Part shown: one piece after another, positions 24,796-35,809 of the stretch
How the letters are laid out: each line of letters begins with the position of its first letter
How positions within the stretch are numbered: the first letter of the stretch is position 1
Notes under the pieces: model-generated
Seen by the model: only the letters and a program-made list of their open reading frames with translations
Databases searched by the model: none
Told to the model about the DNA's origin: nothing
Program-made: the position numbers and the translations under genes
Assembly (NCBI GenBank): GCA_020137815.1
Contig: CM035362.1
Location: 3,906,001-3,970,000, forward strand
Source of the DNA: Hormiphora californensis
Lineage: Eukaryota; Animalia; Ctenophora
Length of the DNA stretch: 64,000 nucleotides
Reading direction: 5' to 3'

Positions 24796-27700
24796 CTAGT
24801 TGAACCAGTCCTTTATCTCATTGTATCCTCCCTTGTCAATGTAATACAGTGGCCCTGTGAATCCTGGAGAGAAAAGTTACCATGGTTACTGGGATATGGT
24901 TACTAAAATGGTTACCATGGTTACCTATATATTGGTTACACACATACCGAATTTCCTCATCAATCGAGCTCCATTGAAAGCGTACGTGCCCTGCATGCAA
25001 TAAGTAACGATAGTTTCATCTCCCTTCAACCCTTCCAGGAACTTCTGGACCCTGTAAGAGATGAAATTTAGATTGTTTCACTCCCCTTTTCTATAATTAT
25101 TAAAGACCACACTCCCATTTTTTTCTATAATTATTAGACCCCTGCACTCCCCAGTCCCCTTCTTCTAAACCATGCCCTGCTTGCAAAATTTCCAAGTCTG
25201 CACAAAGCCGGGAAGCCTCTCATGGTCAACCGCGAGCCCATCCAAAGGCTCCAAACTGTACCAGCCGCTCTCACCAACCAACCAACCATGTCTGCACAAT
25301 CTCTAGTCTGACCTGTGTTTCTTGGTGGGTACCCGCACCGCAGATTCAATCTGCTCAGGGAAACTCTTCCTCGGTCGAACATCCACCAACACCACATTCT
25401 CACCCAAACCCATGATATCCTCAGCACCACTCAGTTCTAGGAGAGAGAGAGCCTGTGGGCAGAGTTCAGAGGATCCCTCAATGTAGCAGTAATTCTGAAA
25501 TAGTTTGGAGTTAGCAGTTTATAGTTCTGAACCCTCAATGTAGCAATAATTCTGAAATAATTTGGAGGGGCAATTTGGAGTTATCATGGTATAGTTCTGA
25601 AAATATAACAATTTGGATGTAGCCTAGTGAGTTCTGAAAAGCGTGAATAATTTCGCAGAAATACAGGCTGCATTGCCCGCATCAGATTCCCAGATTTAAA
25701 GAAATAGTATAAGAATTTTGCCACCGCGGGATCTATTATGATCAAAATCCTGCCGTGTTTTTTAAAATTTCACTGTATCTCAAAAACGGCTGATCGTAGA
25801 GACCTGAGGCCCAGCTAAATCGATTCAGAAGGTCTGCAGTCTAGCTTGGCAAGGGGGGTCTTCTTAGAGCCATTTTGCTCCTACTTCAACAGTTTTTGCT
25901 GTAATATACCCTCGAGTATCTGTATATCCCCTCTGTAAAAAACAAGAAGTTTTCAAAGTAAAACAACAGTTATTAGAATCAGCAAAATATTTCGAATTTA
26001 TTTTTAATCCAAGCTGCACAAACATACAATCGTTGTTTGGAGTCCACTTTCCACAGCGTGCTATTCGTAGTAGTGCTATTGGGTCCGGTTAAAATAACAT
26101 CGATGTTCAGCTGCAATAATAAAAATTAGAGATTCTCTCTTCTACTTGGGTCCGCTCTTTCTTTCCTTTCTTCCATGAGAGTATCCCTCTTGTGTTCTAT
26201 ACTGCATTACTCCCAGTATTCTGTAAAGACACACCTGTATTTGCAGCAGCCCCTCTCACTCGGTTCCTGAGTCTACACGCGGCCGGAGAGAAGATCAAGT
26301 AAATAGCCGGGTTGATGAGAGAGGAGGTAGTGGGAAGAAAGGTAACGGCACAAAATTGTAACACGAAGAAATCCTTTTTCTCGGATTTAAGGACATTAGC
26401 CAGATCCTTCCCAGCTCTCATTGGAGTACTTCGAAGAGGACAGCGTTCCCATCATAACGGCGTAAACAACGAAACTCACAATGGAGAATGAGTTCAAAAG
26501 GCAAATCTTGAGAGTGCTAGATATGGAGGTATGGTGTCCTCCGATTGGCGTATGATACAGTTTTACCAGGTGATAACCGGTCAGGGCAGACGCTGTTGCC
26601 CCAACGAGTATGAACACGACGGATGGCCAAAAGATGAATCCAAGCTTGGTAGCGTGGTCGATGGTCAAATCTCCGATCTTTGAATCGAGAACAGTGTGGA
26701 CATGTTTCATCGCTGTGAACAACACCGCATTCTCAGGGGCATTAAAATACATCCCCATTTCACCGAGGACCGGGTACAACATCCCCAGAATTGCAGCCAT
26801 CACTATTGGTTTCTGTGGCAGGTTGAGAAAGGGAAACCGGACTGCCAGGAGTCGGGTTATTGCCATGATGCCGGTGATGGTTATCGGTGCGATGTTTGCT
26901 AAAACGGCACCATGAGAATACAGCGCATATCCGGTGGATGGATTCCGGATGGCGAATTTGAAGAAGCTATGCTCACAGATATCATTGAAGAGTGGGTCTT
27001 CAAAACAGGCGGGGGTCTTAGCCGGCCAGATTTGAGATGCAGTGTACAGGGCTATGTAGGGGCCTGCGATGAGGTCCGCTGTAGCGAGCATCAGGTAGAG
27101 GGTCCGGGGGATAGAGGGGCGTTTGTGGAAGTTGTGACGCAACACCATCAGGTTTAGAGGAATGGAGATGCAGGGGAAGATGATGAAAAATATGAAGATG
27201 ATGAAATCGGGGTTTGTTGTCCCTCCGTTACTGAAGATAGCCATAATCAGCTAAAGTCGGATGTGATATAGAAATTTAGTCTCGATAAAAAAAGGAAACA
27301 ACTGAACCTATAGTGTTGATGAACACTATTATATTGTATATGTATCGGTACAGAAGGAACAAACAAGAGCAAGGCGGCTCAGACAAAAAGAAGGGTAAGT
27401 ACTAAGTAACTGGATCTAAACTGAACGAGGCTAAGGAGTGCGTTACAGCTGTACAGCTGTAATGGTGATGAGAGTTTGTTACAGCTGTCTGTAATTGTTG
27501 AGCCTCGAGTTGATATTTAACTAGGGCACGTGAACGATAATAGAGAGAGATGGTGTTAGAAAGATAGATCTAATAGATCTAAGGAAATAGATGACAGATC
27601 ATGAAGGTATTAAAATATATAGATCTTAAGTTACGAAGTGTGCTCCTTCCGGCTCGGATGGCATCTGATTTCTGAATGTAGTTATTATAGAGAATTTTGG

Positions 27701-30700
27701 GAATTTTTTTAATCGAAAATGAAACAAGATTACCCATGTGGAGGACCATGATCTCCTGATCAGGATGATTACATAATAATAGTAATAATGTTATGAGACT
27801 AGGAGCAAAATGTCTCTCAGAAGACACCCCCCCCCCGCCAAATCGGACCTTTTGAATCGATTTAGTTGGGTCTCAGGTCTCTACGATCAGCCGCTTTTGA
27901 GATACAGGGAATTTCTCAATTTTTCGAAATGGCGGGATTCACAAAACAAGATCTGTACACCACATCTTTGGTGGGAAAACTTTAGGGGAACATTAAGATA
28001 ATCATTTGAAGCAACTATTTCTAGATTTTCATCCCTAATGAAGCATGGGAACATTCTCATCCAGCGTGTCAAAGACGTAAAAAAGTAAACCGTTCTCATG
28101 GCCAGAAATGAACTTCGTTTAAAAAATCCTTCGCTTGAGCTTATCCCCCTTTATATTCTCTTCAAATCCCCAGAATTTTATGTTTCTATCTCAAAAAGTG
28201 TGGTCCTGAGGTCAAAAATACAACCTAATAAAATTGAGTAAATGCCAGTTTTAAAATAGGCTGTAGCAAAAATGCGAATCCGAGGTTAAGACTATCCTTG
28301 CATATTTGAGGTCCATAAATATTGATCCAGCAGGAATTCCCCGAGAGTAACAAAAATATCTCAGTGATGGATGGGTCGATTTTGAGTGGCAAAAAGGCAA
28401 AATGTTCATAGAACTAATCTCTACTACCTCTAACAAACTTTTCCAATTCTGATTCTGTCCACTCTCACTTTAAAGAAAAAGTAAAATAATTTTTTTTAAA
28501 TTTCCACAGCGTGCTATTCGTACTGCTATTGAGTCCGGTTAAAATAACATCTACGTCCATCTGCAATAATAAACAAGATTAATTGCATTATGTTCTAACA
28601 TAATGCTGAATTTCCCTGCCATGTGAATCTATGAAGAAAGGAAATCATGACCAAATCCGCTGTAGCAGCAAGCGGGACACAAAATCCCGATCATTTATAT
28701 ATCACACAAACAGTATAGAGCAAATCCTTGTGTTTTAGTAGCACTAAATTGCGCGCCACGCCGCCACATTGCGCGCCACACATTTCCTGAAAACGTGCCA
28801 ACGAAGTGGTTTATGAAGGAGCAGCTTGTAACTGTGTGCACGGCTCTTGTTGCTACACCGTTGCCCCTCGCAACTAAAGTGTGACCAAAAAGGTCCCTCT
28901 ACCGATTAGTTAGTATACCAAAATGTCGTTTTCGAATTCTAACCCTGCTATGCCTTTTTACAAAGTAAAAAGGCATCCGGGTGAATGCCTTCGGCATTCA
29001 CCCGGGCAGGGAAAAAATTAGAGTTTCTCTACTTGGGTCCGCTCTTTCTTTCCTCTCTTCCATGGCTATCCCACTTGTGTTCTATACTGCATTACTCCCA
29101 GTATTCTGTAAAGACACACCTGCATTTCCAGCAGCCCCTCTCACTCGGTTCACTCGAGTGAGAGGTTGGTGATGCCATCACCTCTCTTACAACTCAGCCC
29201 GCTTCGCGGGCTTCGTTTTCGCGCGCTACGCGCGCGAGTTGTAAGGGTGACTGCGTCACCAAAGTGAGAGGGGCTGCTGGAAATGCAGGAGACTCTTTAC
29301 ACGCGGCCGGAGAGAAGATCAAGTAAATAGCCGGGTTGATGAGAGAGGAGGTAGTGGGAAGAAAGGTAACGGCACAAAATTGTAACACGAAGAAATCCTT
29401 CTTCTCGGATTTAAGGACATTCGCTAGATCTTCCCAGCTCTCCTTGGAGTATTTTGAAGAAGACAGCGTTCCCATCATAACGGCGTAAACCACGAAACTC
29501 ACAATGGAGAATGAGTTCAAAAGGCAAATTTTGAGAGTGCTAGATATGGAGGTATGGTGTCCTCCGATTGGCTTATGAAACAACTTTACCAGGTGATAAC
29601 CGGTCAGGGCAGACGCTGTTGCCCCAACGAGTATGAACACGACGGATGGCCAAAACATAAATCCCAGCTTGGTAGCATAGTCGATGGTCAAACTTCCGAT
29701 CTTTGAATCGAGAACAGTGTGGACATGCTTCATCGCTGTGAACAACACCGCATTCTCAGGGGCATTAAAATACATCCCCATTTCACCGAGGACCGGGTAC
29801 AACATCCCCAGAATGGCAGCCATCACTATTGGTTTCTGTGGAAGGTTGAGAAAGGGAAACCGGACTGCCAGGAGTCGGGTTATTGCCATGGTACCGGTGA
29901 TGGTTATCGGTGCGATGTTTGCTAAAACGGCACCATGGGAATACAACGCATATCCGGCGGATGGATCCCGGATGGCGAATTTGAAGAAACTATCATCACA
30001 GATATCATTGAAGAGTGGGTCTTCAAAACAGGCGGGGGTCTTTGCCGGCCAGATTTGAGATGCAGTGTACAGGGCTATGTAGGGGCCTGCGATGACGTCC
30101 GCTGTAGCGAGCATCAGGTAGAGGGTCCGGGGGATAGAGGGGCGTTTGTGGAAGTTGTGACGCAATACCAACAGGTTTAGAGGAATGGAGATGCAGGGAA
30201 AGATGATGAAGATGATGAAGATTATGAAATCGGGGTTTGTTGTCCCTCCGTTACTGAAGATAGCCATAATCAGCTAAAGTCGGATGGGATACAGAAATTT
30301 AGTCTCTATAAAAAAGGAAATAACAGAATCTAGTGTTGTAATTGGTAATGTGATCAACACAATTATATTGTGTATGTATCGGTCAGAAGGAACAAAAAGG
30401 AGCAGGGCGGCTCAGACAAAATGAAGGGTATAATGACTGGATCTACACGAACGAGGCTAAAGAGTGTGTGTTACACTTGCAGCTGTTATAATGGTGATGA
30501 GAGTTTCTTACAGCTGTCTGTAATAATTTTATTGACCCTCTCGAGTTGATATACATTTAACTAGGGCACGTGAACGATAATAGAGAGATGGTGTTAGAAA
30601 GATAGATCTAATATTCTAATAGATCTACGGAATTAGATGACAGATGAAGGTATTAAATTGGTGACATATAGACACCTGGCGCGACCCCCGCACGTGATCC

Positions 30701-33700
30701 ACTGGACCGATTTACATCCCGCTTGTTTCATGTGACTGCAAATTGGTCCTAGTTTACTGGAAAATACCCGAGAAGTTTGTCTGTCAACAGGAAGTGGGTC
30801 AAAATTGACACTGAAGTCAAATCTATAATCTGGCTTCCGGGGCTTTTTGCACCACTCCCAGGCGGTTTAAACTGAGTCTGACGATATTGGGAGATAGGTT
30901 GAGGCCTTGTGAGTACTGGAAAATACCTGGCATCAAATTCTGATGCTAATTGCATCAACATATCTCCCAATATCTTTCAAACCGCAGGGGCGGAGTGCAG
31001 AAACTCTCGGAAGCCAAATTATAGGTTTGACTTCAGTGTCAATTTTGACCCACTTCCTGATGACAGACAAACTTCTCGGGTATTTTCCAGTATATTAGGA
31101 TCATTTTTAGGTAGTCTTTTGCGACAAACCGGATGCAAATCGGTCCAGTGGATCGCGTGCAACATCCCTTGAAAGAAACGACCCTTTTTGAGGCGGAGCC
31201 GACACCTGTGTGTGAGCTCAATCTTGGTCGCGCACGGTGTCTATGTCACCAAGGTATTAAAAAAGATAGATCTTGTTACGAAGTGTGCTCCTTCCGGCTC
31301 GGATGGCATCTGATTTCTGAATGTAGTTATTATAGAGAATTTTGGGAATTTTGCTATCGAAAGTGAAACAAGATTACCCATGTGGAGGACAATGATCTCC
31401 AGTTTCTCAGGATGATTACATAATATGTTAGGAGAGCCAAAACTTCCCCACTTTTAGGAGATATATAATTGCGAAAAACGAATGCTATGAAATAGTCAGG
31501 GCATATGATGTTAGATTTTCGGCATAATTGTTATAAAGCTAATTCCACTTCTAGCAGGTCCTATTGGGTCCCTAGAACCACCAAAAAAAATGTTCGCGAT
31601 TTGGTGGATGAAGAAGTTGGGTTTCCGGGCCACGCCCTTCTACCTATGTTTTGAGCCTGAGGCAAAAAACGCCAAAACTGCGCTTAGGGGAGGAGTAGGG
31701 ACAAAATCAAGGGCACTAGAGTGTTCAGCGTCCTCGCATTAGTGGGGGTAGGTGCTGGAATTAAGTCTCTATCTTATCTGATTAATTGGATAATTGAATA
31801 ATTAGCTCTGCGCATAGCCGTTTTTGGCCATATGGCTATAGCCATGTTAGGAAAGGAGTAGAGACAAAACCGAGGGCACTAAAGTGTTCAGCGTCCTCGA
31901 ATTAGTGGGGGTAGGTGCTGGAATTAAGTCTCTATCTCATCTGGTTAATTAGATAATTGGATAATTAGGTCTGGGCATAGCCATTCTTGGCCATATGGCT
32001 ATAGCCACTTAGGAATGGTTTATCGACTTTTCATTGGTGCCATTTTGTTCAGAAAAAAATTTTAATCTAAGAGTTGTGGAAAAATTTAGAGCCTATTTCT
32101 TACAGTTTTGGCGTTATTTGCGGTCAAAGTATGCCAAATCAGCCGAAAATGCCAAAAAATTAGTTAATTGGCCTACTTTGACCGCAAATAACGCCAAAAC
32201 GGTAAGAGATAGGCTCTAAACTTTTCCACAACTCTTAGATTGAAATTTGTTTCCAAACAAAATGGCACCAATGAAAAGTCGATAAACCATTCCTAAGTGG
32301 CTATAGCCATATGGCCAAGAATGGCTATGCCCAGACCTAATTATCCAATTATCTAATTAACCAGATGAGATAGAGACTTAATTCCAGCACCTACCCCCAC
32401 TAACTCGAGGACGCTGAACACTTTAGTGCCCTCGGTTTTGTCTCTACTCCTTTCCTAACATGGCTATAGCCATATGGCCAAAAACGGCTATGCGCTGAGC
32501 TAATTATCCAATTATCCAATTAACCAGATAAGATAGAGACTTAATTCCAGCACCTACCCCCACTAATGCGAGGACGCTGAACACTCTAGTGCCCTTGATT
32601 TTGTCCCTACTCCTCCCCTAAGCGCAGTTTTGGCGTTTTTTGCCTCAGGCTCAAAACATAGTATAGGTAGAAGGGCGTGGCCCGGAAACCCAACTTCTTC
32701 ATCCACCAAATCGCGAACATTTTTTTTGGTGGTTCTAGGGACCCAATAGGACCTCCTGGAAGTGGAATTAGCTTTATAACAATTATGCCGAAAATCACCA
32801 TGAAATTGACATCATATGCCCTGACTAAAAAGGGGAAAAACTCTATTCCAGTAGCCTGCTTCGGGCTGATTTCCCCCTTTCTTGATTAAACCTTTTTTCG
32901 TGCAGTTACAGCAAAAACTGTTGAAGTAGGAGCAAAATATCTCTCAGAAGACACCCCCCCCCAAATCGGACCTTCTGAATCGATTTAGTTGGGTCTCAGG
33001 TCTCTACGATCAGCCGTTTTTTGAGATACAGGGAATTTCTTAATTTTTCATAATGGCGGGATTCACAAAACAAGCTCTGTACACCACATCTTTGGTAAAA
33101 AACTTCAAAACTTTTGGGCCACATAGATAATCATTTGAAGCAACTATTTCTAGATTTTCTTCCCTAATGAAGCATGGGAACATTCTCATCCAGCGTGTCA
33201 AAGAGGTATAAAAGTATACCGTTCTCATGGTCAGAAGTGAAATTCGTTTCAAAAATCCTTCTTGGGGGTTATTCCCCTTTATATTCTCTTCAAATCCCCA
33301 GAATTTTATGTTTCTATCTCGAAAAGTGTGTGTCGCCCGGCGGGTTATTTCGTAACCAACCTTCCACCGGGATCATGCACATACCTTGGTGGGGTGAGAC
33401 TTTTTATCGTTTTCACTTTCCTCAAAGACTGCTGCTTGGATGTTAGGGAAGCCGCCCTGGTAAAACACGTTGATGTTGCTGAATCCATACCTGAGATGTA
33501 TCATGTTGTTACCATGGTTACCTAGTATCGTTGTGGTACCATGCATCATGCATGAGTCTCTACTGAGTAACCCAGTAGAGACTCACTGTATTATGAAATG
33601 ATTTCCCGACATATGGTTTTTAGGTCCTATAATACTTGACTTGCCCACTGCATGTATACTGCCTGCGTTCCTACCTGAGAAGGTTCATTGCTGCACTGAA

Positions 33701-34810
33701 TGCTCTGCCTCCACTTCTGCAGTACACCAAAATGTTGGCATCCTCTAGTCCTGTCAACCTGAAGAGAGGGTAGATAACTTGTTGGGACTGTCTTAGAGCA
33801 TTGTCCTCACACACACACACGTCAGCATTGTCCTGACCCGATCTTCTCAATTCGCTCAACTAATCGGCACGCATTTATCTAGAGAATAGAGATAGATAGA
33901 AGGCACACAGAGCGCGAGAACAGCGGCTAGCGCATTGTCCTGACATTGTTGGGAGGGGTGATAAAACATGGTGGTAATCCTGCCCTTTGAAAATTACTGA
34001 AGCAACTTCAGGTTATAATATTACTATAATAGCCCACCCATTGGGTGTTTTTTGATAACCCACCCGGCTTCGCCGGGTGGTTCTTTTCGCCCCTTTCAAC
34101 GTCAATAACACAAATTTTAATGGAGATAGTTGAACTCCTTTTGTTGACGGATCACGTACTTATCCATGTATCCATCTGCCTTGTTCTTAGCCAATCCTGG
34201 GGTGTGAATTGACATGTTACCATGGCTTTCCTCCCATTCCTCAACTGTCCTCACATCAATTCGGTAGTCGAACTTGTAATAGTCCTCTACCACCTGTATG
34301 CGTTACCATATGTTAGTGCAGTGCTCATATGTGGTAACCATGGTATCCAATAACTATGGTTACCATATTGGGGGGTTGGGGTTGGTTCGACCCTAAAAAT
34401 TTCGATCGATACCCAAATTTTTCGTAAGCTAACCTGATCTAGGCTAACCATAGAGTTGGGGCATGAAGGACCACCTTCCTCGATACAGTCCTCCAGATGG
34501 AGAAACTCCTTCTCACAGAAACCTGAACACATAGTGCTCCTTTATAAATACAATTTCTCTTCCTCTGTCGGTGCAGAAACTATGAAGATGGAAAGTTTTA
34601 TGAAGGAGCACTGAGATCCCTACCTGATCGTTGGCATTCTCCCGCGAACACTGGGAAGGGTACTCTGTCCTTCCTATCTAGATCACACTTGGCACACATT
34701 GTCGCAGGTGGTGTAGCAGTCGGCACCACAGGGCGACATTTTCTTGCAGATGGCTGGGACACCGGCCATCGAGTCATCAAGGAGAAGCTGAGCCCCTGTC
34801 ACGCTCACAA
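24796..34810 (-). CDS. Paralogue A: Cys-rich N-terminus plus two rhodanese domains, probably secreted; first exon not located
   Basis: Exons approx. 34624-34810 (PAICKKMSPC..CYTTC, +1 frameshift ~34691), 34434-34522, 34160-34293 (RIDVRTVEEW..H), 33675-33758 (LVYCRSGGRA), 33386-33491 (YGFSNI..GG), 25313-25494 (VLVDVRP), 24948-25050 (VTYCMQG), 24796-24863 (YIDKGGY); exon-by-exon similar to paralogue B. Confidence 0.8.
25770..25903. mobile_element. Fragment of the Kolobok-like foldback family
   Basis: ctgtatctcaaaaacggctgatcgtagagacc...ttttgctcctact similar to 21174-21295. Confidence 0.7.
26197..27244 (-). pseudogene. Intronless rhodopsin-class GPCR, copy 1 (1-nt frameshift ~26406; pseudogene or assembly error)
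   Basis: Seven hydrophobic segments, LATADL (TM2), ITRLLAVRFPF (TM3/ICL2), INPAIY (NPxxY); ORFs 26396..27244 and 26197..26421; one extra base compared with copy 2. Confidence 0.85.
27799..28318. mobile_element. Single-arm fragment of the Kolobok-like foldback family
   Basis: Diverged match to 21414-21925. Confidence 0.8.
28572..29015 (+). mobile_element. Insertion present only in duplicate 2; Helentron/HINE-like
   Basis: Absent at the paralogous site (26120-26130); starts aaacaag and ends with hairpin ccgggtgaatgcc-ttc-ggcattcacccgg before an A-run. Confidence 0.55.
29194..30267 (-). CDS. Intronless rhodopsin-class GPCR, copy 2 (357 aa, C-tail altered by an insertion)
   Basis: Open ORF, 7TM pattern, NPxxY; near-identical to copy 1. 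Confidence 0.9.
   Translation of the reverse strand: MAIFSNGGTTNPDFIIFIIFIIFPCISIPLNLLVLRHNFHKRPSIPRTLYLMLATADVIAGPYIALYTASQIWPAKTPACFEDPLFNDICDDSFFKFAIRDPSAGYALYSHGAVLANIAPITITGTMAITRLLAVRFPFLNLPQKPIVMAAILGMLYPVLGEMGMYFNAPENAVLFTAMKHVHTVLDSKIGSLTIDYATKLGFMFWPSVVFILVGATASALTGYHLVKLFHKPIGGHHTSISSTLKICLLNSFSIVSFVVYAVMMGTLSSSKYSKESWEDLANVLKSEKKDFFVLQFCAVTFLPTTSSLINPAIYLIFSPAACKESPAFPAAPLTLVTQSPLQLARVARENEAREAG
30658..31252. mobile_element. Mutator-like MITE (595 bp)
   Basis: TIR TTGGTGACATA...TATGTCACCAA; 9-bp TSD ggtattaaa; empty site visible in the paralogous duplicate at ~27606. Confidence 0.88.
31493..32827. mobile_element. 1.33-kb foldback element (TAGTCAGGGC termini, 3-bp TSD) nested in a Kolobok-like element
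   Basis: Inverted arms of ~650 bp with a ~30-bp spacer; inserted at ctatgaaa|aaaagggg of the Kolobok-like spacer. Confidence 0.85.
32828..33330. mobile_element. Spacer plus arm fragment of the Kolobok-like foldback family
   Basis: Matches the reverse complement of the 21310-21370 spacer, followed by arm sequence. Confidence 0.8.
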
Positions 34811-35409
34811 CTGAAATTGTAGCGATATTTTAATTGATGCAAAATAATGAGGGAATACTGTGATTTTCGACGTAGTGGCACAGGTAACTTCTCGTGACGA
34901 TTTTATTCAGACCTTCCAAACTAATCTTGCGTAAAAACATCGCGTCACATCGAACATGAATTTGGCATGGACGGATCCACCTATCGTTGGCTTCTCCTTC
35001 GACTGAGGTCCTGTCTACTACAGATACACTTGCAACATTGTAAGGAGGGAACATCGGACACAGGAATTCTGAAATTGGAATCTATTCCGGCCGATCTAGG
35101 TATAGCCAGTCAGGACGTATTCAATGAGCGAGGTGTTTGGTAGGAAAAAGGAATCAGTGAGTGGCATCATACCTGTGGATTTAGAGCGTAATATGAGTCG
35201 GCAAACAGCAGAGCAAAGGATGACAGAGGTGAAGAATTTTAGAACACCAACTTCATCAAGAACGGACCGAACCCGTAACAATGACCTTTATAGGACGGAC
35301 TGGTAGAGATCGGACGATTTTGATGACGGTCTGAGAGACAATCTACGGGATAGAGGACGACATATGAACAGATGAGGGAATTAGAATACAGTATCCGGAA
35401 CCTAAGCAG

Positions 35410-35518
<109 letters not shown>

Positions 35519-35809
35519 TAAATTCTCCGCAGATCATTGATTAATCTAATGACCTTTGCACATCACTGTGGAGACACCAATTTGGTAACTCTATAATTTG
35601 GTAATTTTGGGATAAATTCGACGATGAAAAGCTGTGTTTGCGGTATAATGTTGTTACGAATATTTCAAAATTGAATTAATAATTCATATTATGTCCTCGA
35701 TAAAACGGGCACAACGTTGGAACAATATATTTTCGATCAAAACTCCATCAAAATAAAGATGTTTCTGTTATACCCGGGTACTTTTTGTAAGTTGGTCCCT
35801 ATGTATCGA

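Larger units (their letters stand above)
26040..31420. repeat. Tandem segmental duplication carrying the GPCR (copies ~26040-27790 and ~28500-31420)
   Basis: Flanks as well as CDS align, e.g. tttccacagcgtgctattcgta and gaaacaagattacccatgtggaggac in both copies. Confidence 0.9.

Noticed and set aside
34830-35306. Short ORFs as the first exon of rhodanese A or as a separate gene
   Set aside because: No convincing ATG plus signal peptide plus phase-1 donor combination could be established.
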